Source: Chlorokybus atmophyticus (taxonomy: Eukaryota > Plantae > Mesostigma and Chlorokybus algae). From it: 64,000 nt of DNA. The notes beneath the pieces were generated by a model, which was given only the letters and a program-made list of their open reading frames with translations, was not told where the DNA came from and did no database searches. A program made the translations under genes and the position numbers. Below, in pieces: positions 1 through 14,875 of this stretch. Position 1 is the stretch's first letter. Each line of letters opens with the position of its first letter. The stretch covers positions 69,793 through 133,792 of the forward strand of contig RHPI01002533.1 in assembly GCA_009103225.1 (NCBI GenBank). The letters run 5' to 3'.

Positions 1-191
1 ACACACGCATGCGTGTCACTGCACACGTGCGTACGAACACATGAACACGGAAACTCACAAGCAACCGTTTGGTACTTGATATGCTATCCTTGATTGCTGA
101 TGGTTGGCGTAGAGCAACACACTTGTTGGTTGTGGCACATTATGCGAGTCTTGGCCTGCAATGACGGTGGCCATGAGTTTGTTGGATGCAG

Positions 192-3100
192 GTACGCGAA
201 GCTGCAGACGCTGTTAGCGCTGTGGCGGCAGAGTTCCTGACATCATCAAAGGTGGGTTCAATGCTCGTTGTCCCCTTCACGCATGTCTCAAACAATGCTT
301 TCAACTGAATGCAGGACAGCGTGATTGTTCTCAGCGGCGCCGGCACGAGCGGGCGCATCGCCATGCAGGTACGCTGGTGGTGAAGTGGCCTTCATGTTTC
401 TGTCTTTACAACGCATGCAATGCAACAAATAGTGTGCAATGGTCATCGCGTGCAGGTCGCGACAACATTCAATGGTTTACTGAACCGCCACGGCCGATCC
501 ATCCTGCCTTGCTTCAAGTACCTCATGGCTGGAGGCGATGCAGCGCTGCTGCAGGCAAGCTAAACGCTAAAGTTTCCGGTTCAACGTGTTTCAAGACTGA
601 CCATGTGCAACATGACGTACACATCATCGTGTGCAGGCGCAAGAAGGTGCCGAGGACAATGCGGTGCAAGCAGTGGCGGACTTGAGCAGCATGGAAGCGT
701 CCGGGCCTTTCGGCAAGCCATATCGCAGAGTGCTACTTGTATGTGCAAACAGCTACACAGAATATACACACAAAACGCGCGCATGATGCTACCGTGGCAA
801 GAGTTGAAAGGCTTGGCATTACAGTCGAAACCACATCAATTGCTGTGTTGTGCGTAGGTGGGCATCACGTGCGGTTTGAGCGCAACATACATTGCAGCCC
901 AACTTGAGGTGACTATCACTGCATGATCAGCTGACCGGCTATGAGTGCTCCTGATTGACAACTGACTCTTTTCCGCAGTATGCCATGTCTCAACCACACT
1001 ATGCAGTGGCATTGATCGGCTGCAATCTCCCAAGCCTTGCACGTCGGGTCCAGGTTCGTGTCAGCATGTTGGTGGCCTTGAGCTACTGGCTGATTGCCGT
1101 TATTAATACTGTTAATGTTGAGTTTGTTGGCAGGTATCTAAGAACTGCAGCAGTTTCTACGAAGTTGTGAAGCGCATGCAGCAGCTCGCACGATCGCCCG
1201 AGTCCGGAATGCAGCAGCACTTTCTTATCACTCCTGTTGTCGGCCCGGTGAGGAACCCCACCTTTGCAAGTGATGTTGTGTTGCATAGAGAGTGTACGGA
1301 TTGGCACATGTTGTCCCATTAGGAGGCCATAACCGGGTCAACAAGGATGAAGGGCGGCACCGTGACCAAAATGTTGCTCGATTTCATGTTTGGGCTTGCG
1401 TGCAGCAGAGTACTGCAGCAGCCTCTGCTTGGCACAGGTAAATCTGCGTTTACCCATAAACTTGAGTTGATTCAAGCGCCTTTCTGCAACGCATAAAGTT
1501 TAGTACTGTGCAGTTCCGCAGAAAGTGTCAAAGGTGCATGCTCTTCCGATGTCGAGCCAACTCACTCCCGCAATGCCGGCTGGATGCAACAGGCGGTCGT
1601 ACGACCTTGCTCTGGACGCTTATCAAGCGGTCATGCAAGCTGTGTATCTTGAAGCTGCCTCAATCCAAGTAAGCTGTGAGAAGTTTGTGATACTTTTGTG
1701 TCCCTGTTGTTTTTCATGTTGAGTAGTAGAGCAGAGGTCTCCGACACAAATGCACAACATGGATATGTTTCTGCAGGAGCTCATGCAGCATGCCGTGCAC
1801 AGCTTGCGCGCGAAGCGCCACTTGTACTATCTTGGCTCAGGCATAGCTGGCATGGTGGGTCTGATTGGTAAGCTCACTTGCTACTTGATTGGCGTTGTGC
1901 ATGTGCAATGCGTGTTGATAGCTTGATAGCTTTGCATGAACTTGAAACCAATACCTCCACCCTTGCCATGGCAGATGCTGCTGAGCAAGTTCCAACCTTC
2001 GGCGCGCATCCGGATGATGTCAAGGGCTTCGTCATTGGCAGCGAAAGCGCCTTTTCTTCCTTGCAAAAGCCAACGCTAGACGCCCAGCAGCAAAGACGGA
2101 CCACAAGTCATAACCCATCTGTTTCGAATGCTAGTTCAACCAGTGCTCAGGCCACAGGCAGTTTTGAATCACCATCAACGAGTCAAGAGCAGTTGCTTCC
2201 CCAAGCTGAGAGATTCAACGAGCACGCTGAGACTAATGTGACCACCAAAGCCGCAACACCACAGTTCTCCATGCCACACTTTACGGAACTTGTGCTGCCT
2301 GATTTGGGGTAGGCTCAATGCAAATGGGGTGCCAACTTTGACTCAAGCGGTGCAACCTCTATCGAAATCAAGTTCCAGTTGTGGCGTTCAGTGATGGCAC
2401 TTGGACAGTATGACAGCTGTATGATAACTGTGTGAGACTGCTTCTGTTGACAGGCCGGATGACACGCTGGTGGTGCTATTCAACAGCGAGCACAGTCGGC
2501 AGCCTCTGATTTCCACCATGGTCCTGGACCTCATCATCTACTACAAAGTGAGGCACGGTTTCCTGCTCGCCGTCGTCTCGACGCACATTGCGCCGCACGA
2601 CCGCGCCCTGTGCGTGGACTTTGACACGATCACAGAGAAGACGGACTCGCCGAAGACTTCGCGGCCCAATGGCAGGCCTGTAAGCAGGTCCAGCAGCAGC
2701 AGCAAGATCGAAGTTGGCTACGAAGTGGCGCTGTTGGCTGCCATTGAGCGCATCGCCACTGCAGCAGACACGCATGTGAAGGTGATGAGGAAGTTGTTGT
2801 TGAATGTGGCTGTGCCCAGCAAACCGTATGTGTGCGTGCGTGCGTCAAACGTTGTGCACCTACTGAGATGTTTCCTTTCTCCGTATTTGGAATGCAGGTT
2901 CAGCTTTCGATGGCCGCAGCAGCACCCATCATCCCGCACCTAGACTCATTCGGGGAGTTGGCTCTGAAGTACGTGCTCAATGCGGTGAGGGCTCAATGCT
3001 TTGTGATGTCCACTGAGACAGTCCTGATTGTCTTGCTTACTGCTGTGGCATCGCTCCATTCTGCCCTGATGTCTGTCTCATATCGTTAATCTGCACGCAG

Positions 3101-3821
3101 GTCAGTACGGGCGCGCAAGTGCTCGCAGGAAAAGTGTACAAGTCGAGAATGATCGACGTCCGCATATCAAATCACAAGGTTGTGATAGACCCTTGCGATG
3201 CAGTTCGCTCATAACTCGATAGCCGCGAGTGCGAGTACAGGGCTGTGTTCTCCTTGTGACGGCATTTGTTTGTGCCAGCTATTCGCGCGGGCGGTTCGCA
3301 TCGTGTCTGAGGTGGCAGAGGTGGATGCGGAGATATCGACCGCTTGTTTGCTGCAAGTGGTCTACGATGGTGATGGGACCGATGGACAGTTTGACGTGCA
3401 GCAGTTCCAGCGAAGACCAGTTTCAGAGGTGCATCGACTGTGCGCATGTACACCATTGCGCACACACTTGTCCAACACTTGGTCTTTGCACGTCACTAGC
3501 ATCGTGGTGCTGCGAGTGTGAACTATAACTAATTTGCTGACCTTGTGCAGCACGTCACCAAGGCTTCAAGCATGCGCAGTGTGGTCCCAATGGTAAGCAG
3601 AGCCACAGCGATCAATCAAGCACGCCGGTCTCTGCCATGTGCTTCTGCTGCATATGCACATGATGCTGACTTGTTGATGATCTCAGGCGATACTGCTAGC
3701 CATGGGTCACAGCCCGAGCACTGCGCGCGATCTGCTTCAAGGTGGCGCTTCCATTAGGTCACTCATAGCCAAGAACAGCATAATTAAAGCCCAGGACCAG
3801 TCAGAGCCACCGAGAAGTTGA
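192..3821 (+). CDS. GCKR: Glucokinase regulatory protein-like (two SIS domains; MurQ/GCKR superfamily), multi-exon, 5' end probably outside or not resolved in window
   Basis: Spliced exons (GT-AG) translate to [138 protein letters not shown]. These are colinear with motifs recalled from vertebrate GCKR. Stop TGA at 3819-3821. Confidence 0.8.
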
Positions 3822-4552
3822 TGTAAGGTGCAGTGGCACTGGCATGTGATATGCGTAGGCTTATGCTGTCAATGCTGTCTTTATGTCTGGATTAAGGCTG
3901 TGCATAAGCAAGACTGACTGACTGACTGACACTAGGCACGCATGCAATGCACGCAGTGAAAGAGCAGTGCGGTGTGGTAGGGTTTGCAAGGTAGCATTAG
4001 GCAAGCCAGTGCAGTAGCAAGCAAGGCAAATATGTTATGTTCCTTGCACCGTTGCCAAGCTGCTGGGCCCCTCAGCAGCTTGGCAACGGTGCAAGGAAGC
4101 AGCAACAGCAAAGCGCCTCACCTGCACAGAATGCGCCACATTGAGACAGATGCCTTGGGGCAACTGTTTTCTATGGCCGGGGCTGCTTGTATGCTGCAAC
4201 TACATGTCTGAGTGCTGATGATTGGGGTGCGCTGCGCATTTTGGAGCTGACTCCATATGGCTGTGTATGCATTACTTTGCACGTGAATACTTTGAAGCAC
4301 TACTGTGTACTCCTGTGCAGAGATACATCTGCCAGCGTAGTCGTGCTCATTGCAAGTAATGATTTTCTTTTCTTGCAGGCACACTTGTACTGAGTTGAGC
4401 CCAATGCAGCACTTGCAAGCTTTGATCACAACAAGAACGCAGTTTTGATTGCATGCAACTGCCCTGCAACACCTATGGGAAGAAGAAGAAAGACATGGAA
4501 TAACTTCAATGTCTAGAAAGAATGTACAACCTATACACGTACCAAGTGTATA

Positions 4553-4640
4553 GTATGGTAGTAGTAGTAGTAGTAGTCTACTACTAGTAGGTAGTAGTCT
4601 GCTACGAGTAAATACTAGTAGGTAGAATACTAATAGAACA
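4553..4640. repeat. Degenerate (TAG)n microsatellite between convergent genes
   Basis: Run tagtagtagtagtagtagtc and similar tag/ctac units are visible. Confidence 0.7.
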
Positions 4641-4778
4641 GCGTACTTACCCCTACACCGTAGCTATGCTAACCTCTATACCGCAGACCGATCAGGTCGC
4701 TACCATCTCATCTTCGCCAACCATATGTCTACGACCTAAAATTCTGAGCCTTACTACAAACCACACTCTCAGCTGCAC

Positions 4779-9076
<4,298 letters not shown>

Positions 9077-9511
9077 CCTGACCTCGCCACCCCTGTTGAT
9101 ATTCATGCACCTACCACTACCACTGCCGCCGCTGCTGCCGCCACCTACATGCACATGCTCTTGCTCTTGCACGTGCACGCACATATGCACGTCTCCTCGT
9201 ACGTCAACCACAACAACACCAGCACTACCAGCACCTACGAGTCTACCAACCCCTTATGTACCCCTCATCCCGCATCAACAATTCCCATTGTTCCGTTAAA
9301 CCACCCAAAGCGCAGAGCAGTGCCGCCGCCCCCCATCATGCCATCCCCTGGCCTGGAAGGCATGGGCACAAAAGTGGCGTGTAGTTAATACACAGAGAAG
9401 AGAGTGCGGTGTCTGTGTCGGGTTGCCAACGGAAACGTATTGATGGAGCGAGAGTTTTGCTTCGCCTTTGTTTGTTTAGGCGTGACGCGTGGCAGCATCG
9501 CTACGTCCCTG

Positions 9512-9541
9512 CACGTGAGGGGCGGGCTAATGTTTATATAT
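9512..9541 (+). promoter_or_regulatory. Putative core promoter: G-box (CACGTG), GC-box (GGGGCGGG), TATA (TTTATATAT)
   Basis: The three motifs occur in canonical order on + between the lyase start (minus strand) and the hAT remnant. The TATA also reads TATAAA on minus, so the direction is ambiguous. Confidence 0.35.
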
Positions 9542-10646
9542 CATGAGTCGGATAATTGTTCGAGCGGGAGGTGACGAGACTTACGCTACAGGCAGCGGCG
9601 CAACCGACAGGGGGGACGGGGGACTCTAGGTTGGGTTCTAGGTCGGATCATTGGGGGAAGAACCGAACGGGCTAACTAAGTAGACCGAGAGGTGGTCGGC
9701 GAGCACCGACCTTGCGAACGCGGCGAAGCCACCGTATATCGGTCATGGATTGATGACTCAGTATAACTATCGGTCCTCAGACGCCAGCGCAGAGCCCTCC
9801 GGCAAGGACTGAGCACGCGATCAGCTCCGGTACCGTTGCGGTAGCCACGCAACCCGCGGGAAACTATGCGAAGTGCTGCGCGCTTCCTGCTAAAGTGGGA
9901 AACGAATTGCTGGCGACCGTGTCGATGAAACCTGGTTGTGGTGGGCGACAATTGAGGAAGGGGGTCCCTTGTACTGATTACCGCTTACAGTGTGTTCAGA
10001 GTGGCACTCTGTTGATGAGCCGCCCCAGAGCGGCTATTGCAATGTGATGAAACGGGCGAAGCCAACGTTGTCTAACGGCAGGTTATTGGTTGCCAGTTTG
10101 GTTCTTGGCGCCAAGTGGCTGCTCTGCTCAGTACACTGCAGGACAGTACAGGGCAAGAAGCAGTACCGTACGCAGCGTTACGCCCGAGAGAGCATGACGC
10201 ACTGCGCAGCACTCTGCGCCGTGGACGTGTTCGCAGGTTGATGAGCACTAGTGCATCACGCCGTCTCACGTGCACAGCGTGATGTCCGGCCCATGTGTGC
10301 TCGCGCAGTTAGGTAGACTGTCTGACCTACCGGCTTAAGTACCGGAGATAACATTGTTGGAAAGGCCATTTAAAGTAGGATGAGTCCAACATGGACTCAT
10401 AAGCAGCCACTACGTGACAGATCTACATCAGAGATAACGTTGGTGGTATGGGGTATGTGATTTATACAATTTCTGTCATTACAGCTGTTTACGATGTAGC
10501 GACTAATTGCCGCAAACCCCGTCGCCTCGTGCTGAGGAAGCACCCTCATATGATCTCTATGGACTGCTATGCGCGTCAGGTACACATGAATACAACTCAC
10601 TTGCTTGCACGCATACACGCACATGTGTATGCGCATGCATACATAT

Positions 10647-10985
10647 TGTAAAGAGACTAGAGGGGGTGTGCCCCCTCCTCCCTTTAATCCCCTACCCCAA
10701 CACCACCACCAGCCACGACGCCACCGCCGCCGCCGCCAGGGGAATCCGCCGGAGCAGAAGATCCCCTGGCTATGGCGGCCGCTGCGTTAGCAGCGCCGCC
10801 ATACGGCTGATATCGACATGAGACTCATGTCGATATCAGTGTTACAATTAAGTAACACTACATTAGGGCCTTAACACTAGGTTAACGGCCCTAATATGGC
10901 TTAATAGACTGTATAATCCTGTTGGGACCCTTATTTAATCCTAAATAAGGGCGGGGAACCTCTATGGAGGTAGCACACCGTTACA
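10647..10985 (-). repeat. 3' LTR (339 bp)
   Basis: Direct repeat of 17183-17528, differing by 3 substitutions and one 7-bp indel on manual alignment. Confidence 0.97.
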
Positions 10986-10999
10986 TTCCCCCCCACTTA
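10986..10999 (-). promoter_or_regulatory. Polypurine tract
   Basis: Minus strand reads AAGTGGGGGGGAA immediately before the 3' LTR TGTA. Confidence 0.85.
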
Positions 11000-11107
11000 G
11001 GTTTCAATGTCCTCATTGAAGGGTTAGCAAAGCCCCACCACGAGTAAAGAAACGAAAGCAGTGAGAGAACCAGGGCCGAAACGGTAAAGATGTCTGCCAG
11101 CACCCTT

Positions 11108-14100
11108 TTACCGTTCGCGTGTGGACACCGTACTCCAGTACCCCCGAAGAATCTTTTGGCAGTTGGTAAGATTCCTTTCGGGCTCCCATGTATTGTGTTC
11201 AACACCATACCCTTTCCATTTCACCAAGTAAGACGGCGCGCGTCCGCGCCGAGGCCTACGATGACTTAGGACTGCTTCCACCTCATACTCGAAAGTATCG
11301 TCGCCATCCACTGCAACGGGGGGTGGAGGAGGTTGAACCCGACCGTCAGAACGATACGGTTTCATTACACTCACGTGAAACACATTGTGAATGCGTATTG
11401 ACTTTGGCAATTCCAAACGATACGCGTGAGTGCCGACCCGATCAATTACCTTGAAAGGGCCTATCCAGCGAGGGAAAAACTTGCGGGTACCCACTCCCTT
11501 AATGGATATGTTTTTGGTACTTAAAAGCACCGAACAGCCCACATCGTAGCTGGCCTCTCTACGATGCGCATCAGCATGGGCTTTTTGTCTGTCTTGCGCT
11601 GCGCGCAGACAGTCCTTTGCCAGCGCTAGCCTATCCTGCATGGCCGAAGCCATCTCGCGTGCTGCAGGTACGCGAGTTATGTCGGTAGCGGGCAACTTGA
11701 TGTTCGCAGGACTTAGTGGATGCACTCCGTAGTTCAAGAAAAACGGAGTTTCCTGCACACTCTCTTGCCAAGCATTGTTAATCGCAAACTCAGCCATTGG
11801 GAGATAGATATCCCAGTCAGACTGGTTTGGACTCACATAATGCCGAATGGTTTCCTCAATCACTTGATTGGCGCGCTCTGTCTGACCATCCGTTTGTGGA
11901 TGATAAGCTGTGCTCATGTTCTGCTGAATATGTAAGAAGCTGCATAGCGACTTCCAGAACTGAGACACAAATCGCGGATCGCGATCAGACACAAAGTTGC
12001 GAGGCAAACCATGCAACTTAAACACAGAGGCGACAAAAACCATCGCTAACTCACGGGAGCCTATTTCCGTGCGGCAAGGGACGATGTGAACCATTTTTGT
12101 TAAACGGTCCACAAAAACTGCAACCGCTGTGTGCCCTAATGCTGTCTCAGGGAGCTCAACAATCAGGTCCATACTCACACTTTCCCACTTGCCATCAGGA
12201 ACAGGCAAAGGTCGCAGCAACCCAGCGGGTTTCTGACGTAACGGTTTGTCACGCTGACATTTGTCACACGTGTCAACATATTGCTTTACGTCAACAGGCA
12301 ACGATGGCCACCAGTACAACTGTTGCGCTGCCTTAGTAGTCTTGCGACCCCCAAAGTGCCCAGCGTACGGTGGATCGTGTACTTCAGCTATGCATTTCAT
12401 GCGCAACCCAGCATGGTTAGGTATCACCAAGCAGGCGCCCATATAATACAAGTTGTCTCGTTTGTTAAGCTGTTGCACATTCCCTTGCATCGAGAACCAT
12501 GGGTCCAAAATATACCCCTGTAAAACAGCTTGTACAAACTCATCATTAGGAGGCAATGTACCTTGCGTCGCAAGCAAGTGCGCACGCATAACTGCCAACA
12601 ATGACGGACAGCGACTCAAAGGATCTGCCACATTGGTTTTGCCCGGCCGGTATACCCATTCAAAAGTAAACCGCGACAGAAACTCATTCCAGCGAGCTTG
12701 CCTACGCGACAAGTTTAGCTGTGTTGAGAAGTACACCAATGGGTTGTGATCAGTCACTACTGTGAACTGAACTCCTTCCAAGTAGCATCGCCAAGTTTCA
12801 AGAGCATGCACTATACCCAGCAACTCTTGCTCAGTAGTAGTGTAATTCACCTCTGCTGGGATGAATTTTCTACTCTCATAAGCACATGGCCTGCTATCCT
12901 GTAGCAATACTGCACCACACCCTAGGGTGGAGGCATCGCTCACCACAGTGAAGCGCTTATCCCAATTTGGCAGTGCCAACACTGGTGCTGAGGTTAAAGC
13001 CAGCTTCACTTGTTGCATAGCAGCTTCCTGTGCTGCTGTCCAAGAGAATGGGGCATCTTTTCGCAATAGTTTTGTTAAGGGCATCACAGCCGTAGAGTAC
13101 CCCATCATAAACTTGCGAAAATAGTTTGCCAACCCCAAGAATGATCGCAACTGATGGATATTCTTTGGTTGAGGCCAATCCTTTACCACTTGCACTTTGC
13201 GAGGGTCAGGTTTGACACCCGCACCACTCACAATATGCCCCAAGAATGGCAACTCTGTCTTGCCAAAGTCACACTTTGGCAAGTTGGCAAACAAGCGATG
13301 TGTTCGCAGTAAAGCAAACACCGCTTCCAGATGCTTTCTGTGCTCCTCTTTTGTTTTACTGAAGACAATGATGTCATCCAAGTAAACCATAACATGCTTG
13401 CCAAGCATGTTATCAAAGATCTTATTCATTTCCTTCTGAAACACTGCAGGTGCATTTGTCAATCCAAAAGGTAACACTTTGTATTGATAATGACCTAAAG
13501 GTGTTCTGAATGCTGTCTTGTAAACATCAGAAGGGTGAATACGGATTTGATGGTAACCGCTTGTCAAGTCTAGCGTACTGAAGTACGCATTACCCGACAG
13601 TTTATCAAACACATCATCAATCCGTGGTAACGGGTATCGATTCTTTACCGTAATCTTGTTTAGAGCACGATAATCTACACACATGCGCAATTTCCCATTC
13701 TTTTTCATCACAAACAAGATGGGTGCGCCAAAGGGTGAAGAACTCGGTTCAATCAATCCCTTTTCCAATAACTCTTTGATTTGAGTTTCCATTTCCCCCC
13801 TCTCATTGGGGCTCAGCCTATATATTGGCCGAAATGGAGGCTCACTATCAGGAATCAGTGGTATGGTGTGTCCGACACCTCGATCAGGGGGTAAGCCTGG
13901 CAACTCATCTGAGAATATGTCCTGATACTTTTCAATGATGTCTGCAACACCTGCCGTACTGCCTGGCACAAAGTCATCAGATGACGTTAAGTGCACAAGG
14001 AAAGCCGGTGTGTTTTTACGCAACGCACGCTTCACCTGAAGTGCACTGAGAAGCGCAGGGTCTGTTTGCTTGTGTTCCAAGCTATGCGACCCTTTTACAG

Positions 14101-14866
14101 ACAACGTTACACGCTTACGACCCTTTTTCACTGTGCACAACCGTGCACCAGTATCCAATGTCATTTTAACATTGTCCTGCCATTCCTGTCCTAGTACCAC
14201 ATCAACACCCATTATGTTGATGGACACCACTATGAAGGTGAGATTGGCATGATAATTACCAATCTTTACCTTCATTTTGATTTCTCCTTTCACTGGTAAC
14301 GTACCCCCAGCACCGGCAGCTGAAAATGCTGAGGGTTTACACGCTACTTTATTGCGCACAACCCATTGTTCCTCAATAAAATTGTGCGTTGCACCAGTGT
14401 CAATCAAGAACGAACTGGTTATTCCCTGCATTGTGCCACTAAATGTCCACAACAGAGGCACAACCCGTCCTTGAAATGTAGCCAAGAGTCCGTGACTAAT
14501 GCGAGGGTTGAGTAAAATTGCTGACAATCGCACTGTCCCTGTTTCACGCTTGCTAAATTGCTTTAACACAGTTCCCCCTCGAGTATGTTTCAACCATGGG
14601 CCATGATACTTAGGCACCATTATTACCACACTCAAAGTTCTGTGTTTACTTTGCAACTCAGTCAAAGTGTGCAACACATTGGTAAGCATGTTAAATTCCA
14701 CATATACCAACACACAAGCATTCTCTTCCACTTTTGCAACGTCAAAAAGTGGCAACTTGCTATGTGTTTGCCATGCGTGTGTCATTACAAGCACTTGGGA
14801 CAGCTCATCAAACCAGTTTGCTAATAACACAAGCAACTGGCCATCAACCACTTTTACATCAGTCAC
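11108..14866 (-). CDS. pol: Pol polyprotein: extra N-terminal domain, aspartic protease, RT, RNase H, integrase, chromodomain
   Basis: 1252-aa open frame: FLIDTGATHNF; RMCVDYRALN, LPFGLTNAP, YLDDII; SDAS and ELLGIVHAL; HDPPYAGHFG...CDKC, SMDLI, SDRDPRF, QTERANQ; YEVEAVL...YLVKWKGYG...NTWEPERNL. Confidence 0.97.
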   Translation of the reverse strand: MTDVKVVDGQLLVLLANWFDELSQVLVMTHAWQTHSKLPLFDVAKVEENACVLVYVEFNMLTNVLHTLTELQSKHRTLSVVIMVPKYHGPWLKHTRGGTVLKQFSKRETGTVRLSAILLNPRISHGLLATFQGRVVPLLWTFSGTMQGITSSFLIDTGATHNFIEEQWVVRNKVACKPSAFSAAGAGGTLPVKGEIKMKVKIGNYHANLTFIVVSINIMGVDVVLGQEWQDNVKMTLDTGARLCTVKKGRKRVTLSVKGSHSLEHKQTDPALLSALQVKRALRKNTPAFLVHLTSSDDFVPGSTAGVADIIEKYQDIFSDELPGLPPDRGVGHTIPLIPDSEPPFRPIYRLSPNERGEMETQIKELLEKGLIEPSSSPFGAPILFVMKKNGKLRMCVDYRALNKITVKNRYPLPRIDDVFDKLSGNAYFSTLDLTSGYHQIRIHPSDVYKTAFRTPLGHYQYKVLPFGLTNAPAVFQKEMNKIFDNMLGKHVMVYLDDIIVFSKTKEEHRKHLEAVFALLRTHRLFANLPKCDFGKTELPFLGHIVSGAGVKPDPRKVQVVKDWPQPKNIHQLRSFLGLANYFRKFMMGYSTAVMPLTKLLRKDAPFSWTAAQEAAMQQVKLALTSAPVLALPNWDKRFTVVSDASTLGCGAVLLQDSRPCAYESRKFIPAEVNYTTTEQELLGIVHALETWRCYLEGVQFTVVTDHNPLVYFSTQLNLSRRQARWNEFLSRFTFEWVYRPGKTNVADPLSRCPSLLAVMRAHLLATQGTLPPNDEFVQAVLQGYILDPWFSMQGNVQQLNKRDNLYYMGACLVIPNHAGLRMKCIAEVHDPPYAGHFGGRKTTKAAQQLYWWPSLPVDVKQYVDTCDKCQRDKPLRQKPAGLLRPLPVPDGKWESVSMDLIVELPETALGHTAVAVFVDRLTKMVHIVPCRTEIGSRELAMVFVASVFKLHGLPRNFVSDRDPRFVSQFWKSLCSFLHIQQNMSTAYHPQTDGQTERANQVIEETIRHYVSPNQSDWDIYLPMAEFAINNAWQESVQETPFFLNYGVHPLSPANIKLPATDITRVPAAREMASAMQDRLALAKDCLRAAQDRQKAHADAHRREASYDVGCSVLLSTKNISIKGVGTRKFFPRWIGPFKVIDRVGTHAYRLELPKSIRIHNVFHVSVMKPYRSDGRVQPPPPPVAVDGDDTFEYEVEAVLSHRRPRRGRAPSYLVKWKGYGVEHNTWEPERNLTNCQKILRGYWSTVSTRER

Positions 14867-14875
14867 GACGTAATC

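Noticed and set aside
10377-10400. Hammerhead-like GATGAGTCC-n5-GGAC stem
   Set aside because: It lacks the CUGA before and the GAAA after stem II, so the catalytic core is absent.
9990-10450. snoRNA cluster (TGATGA at ~10014, ~10044 and 10239; CTGA at 10322; AGATAA boxes)
   Set aside because: No convincing rRNA or snRNA guide complementarity could be recalled, and the region is better explained as degenerate hAT transposase coding sequence.
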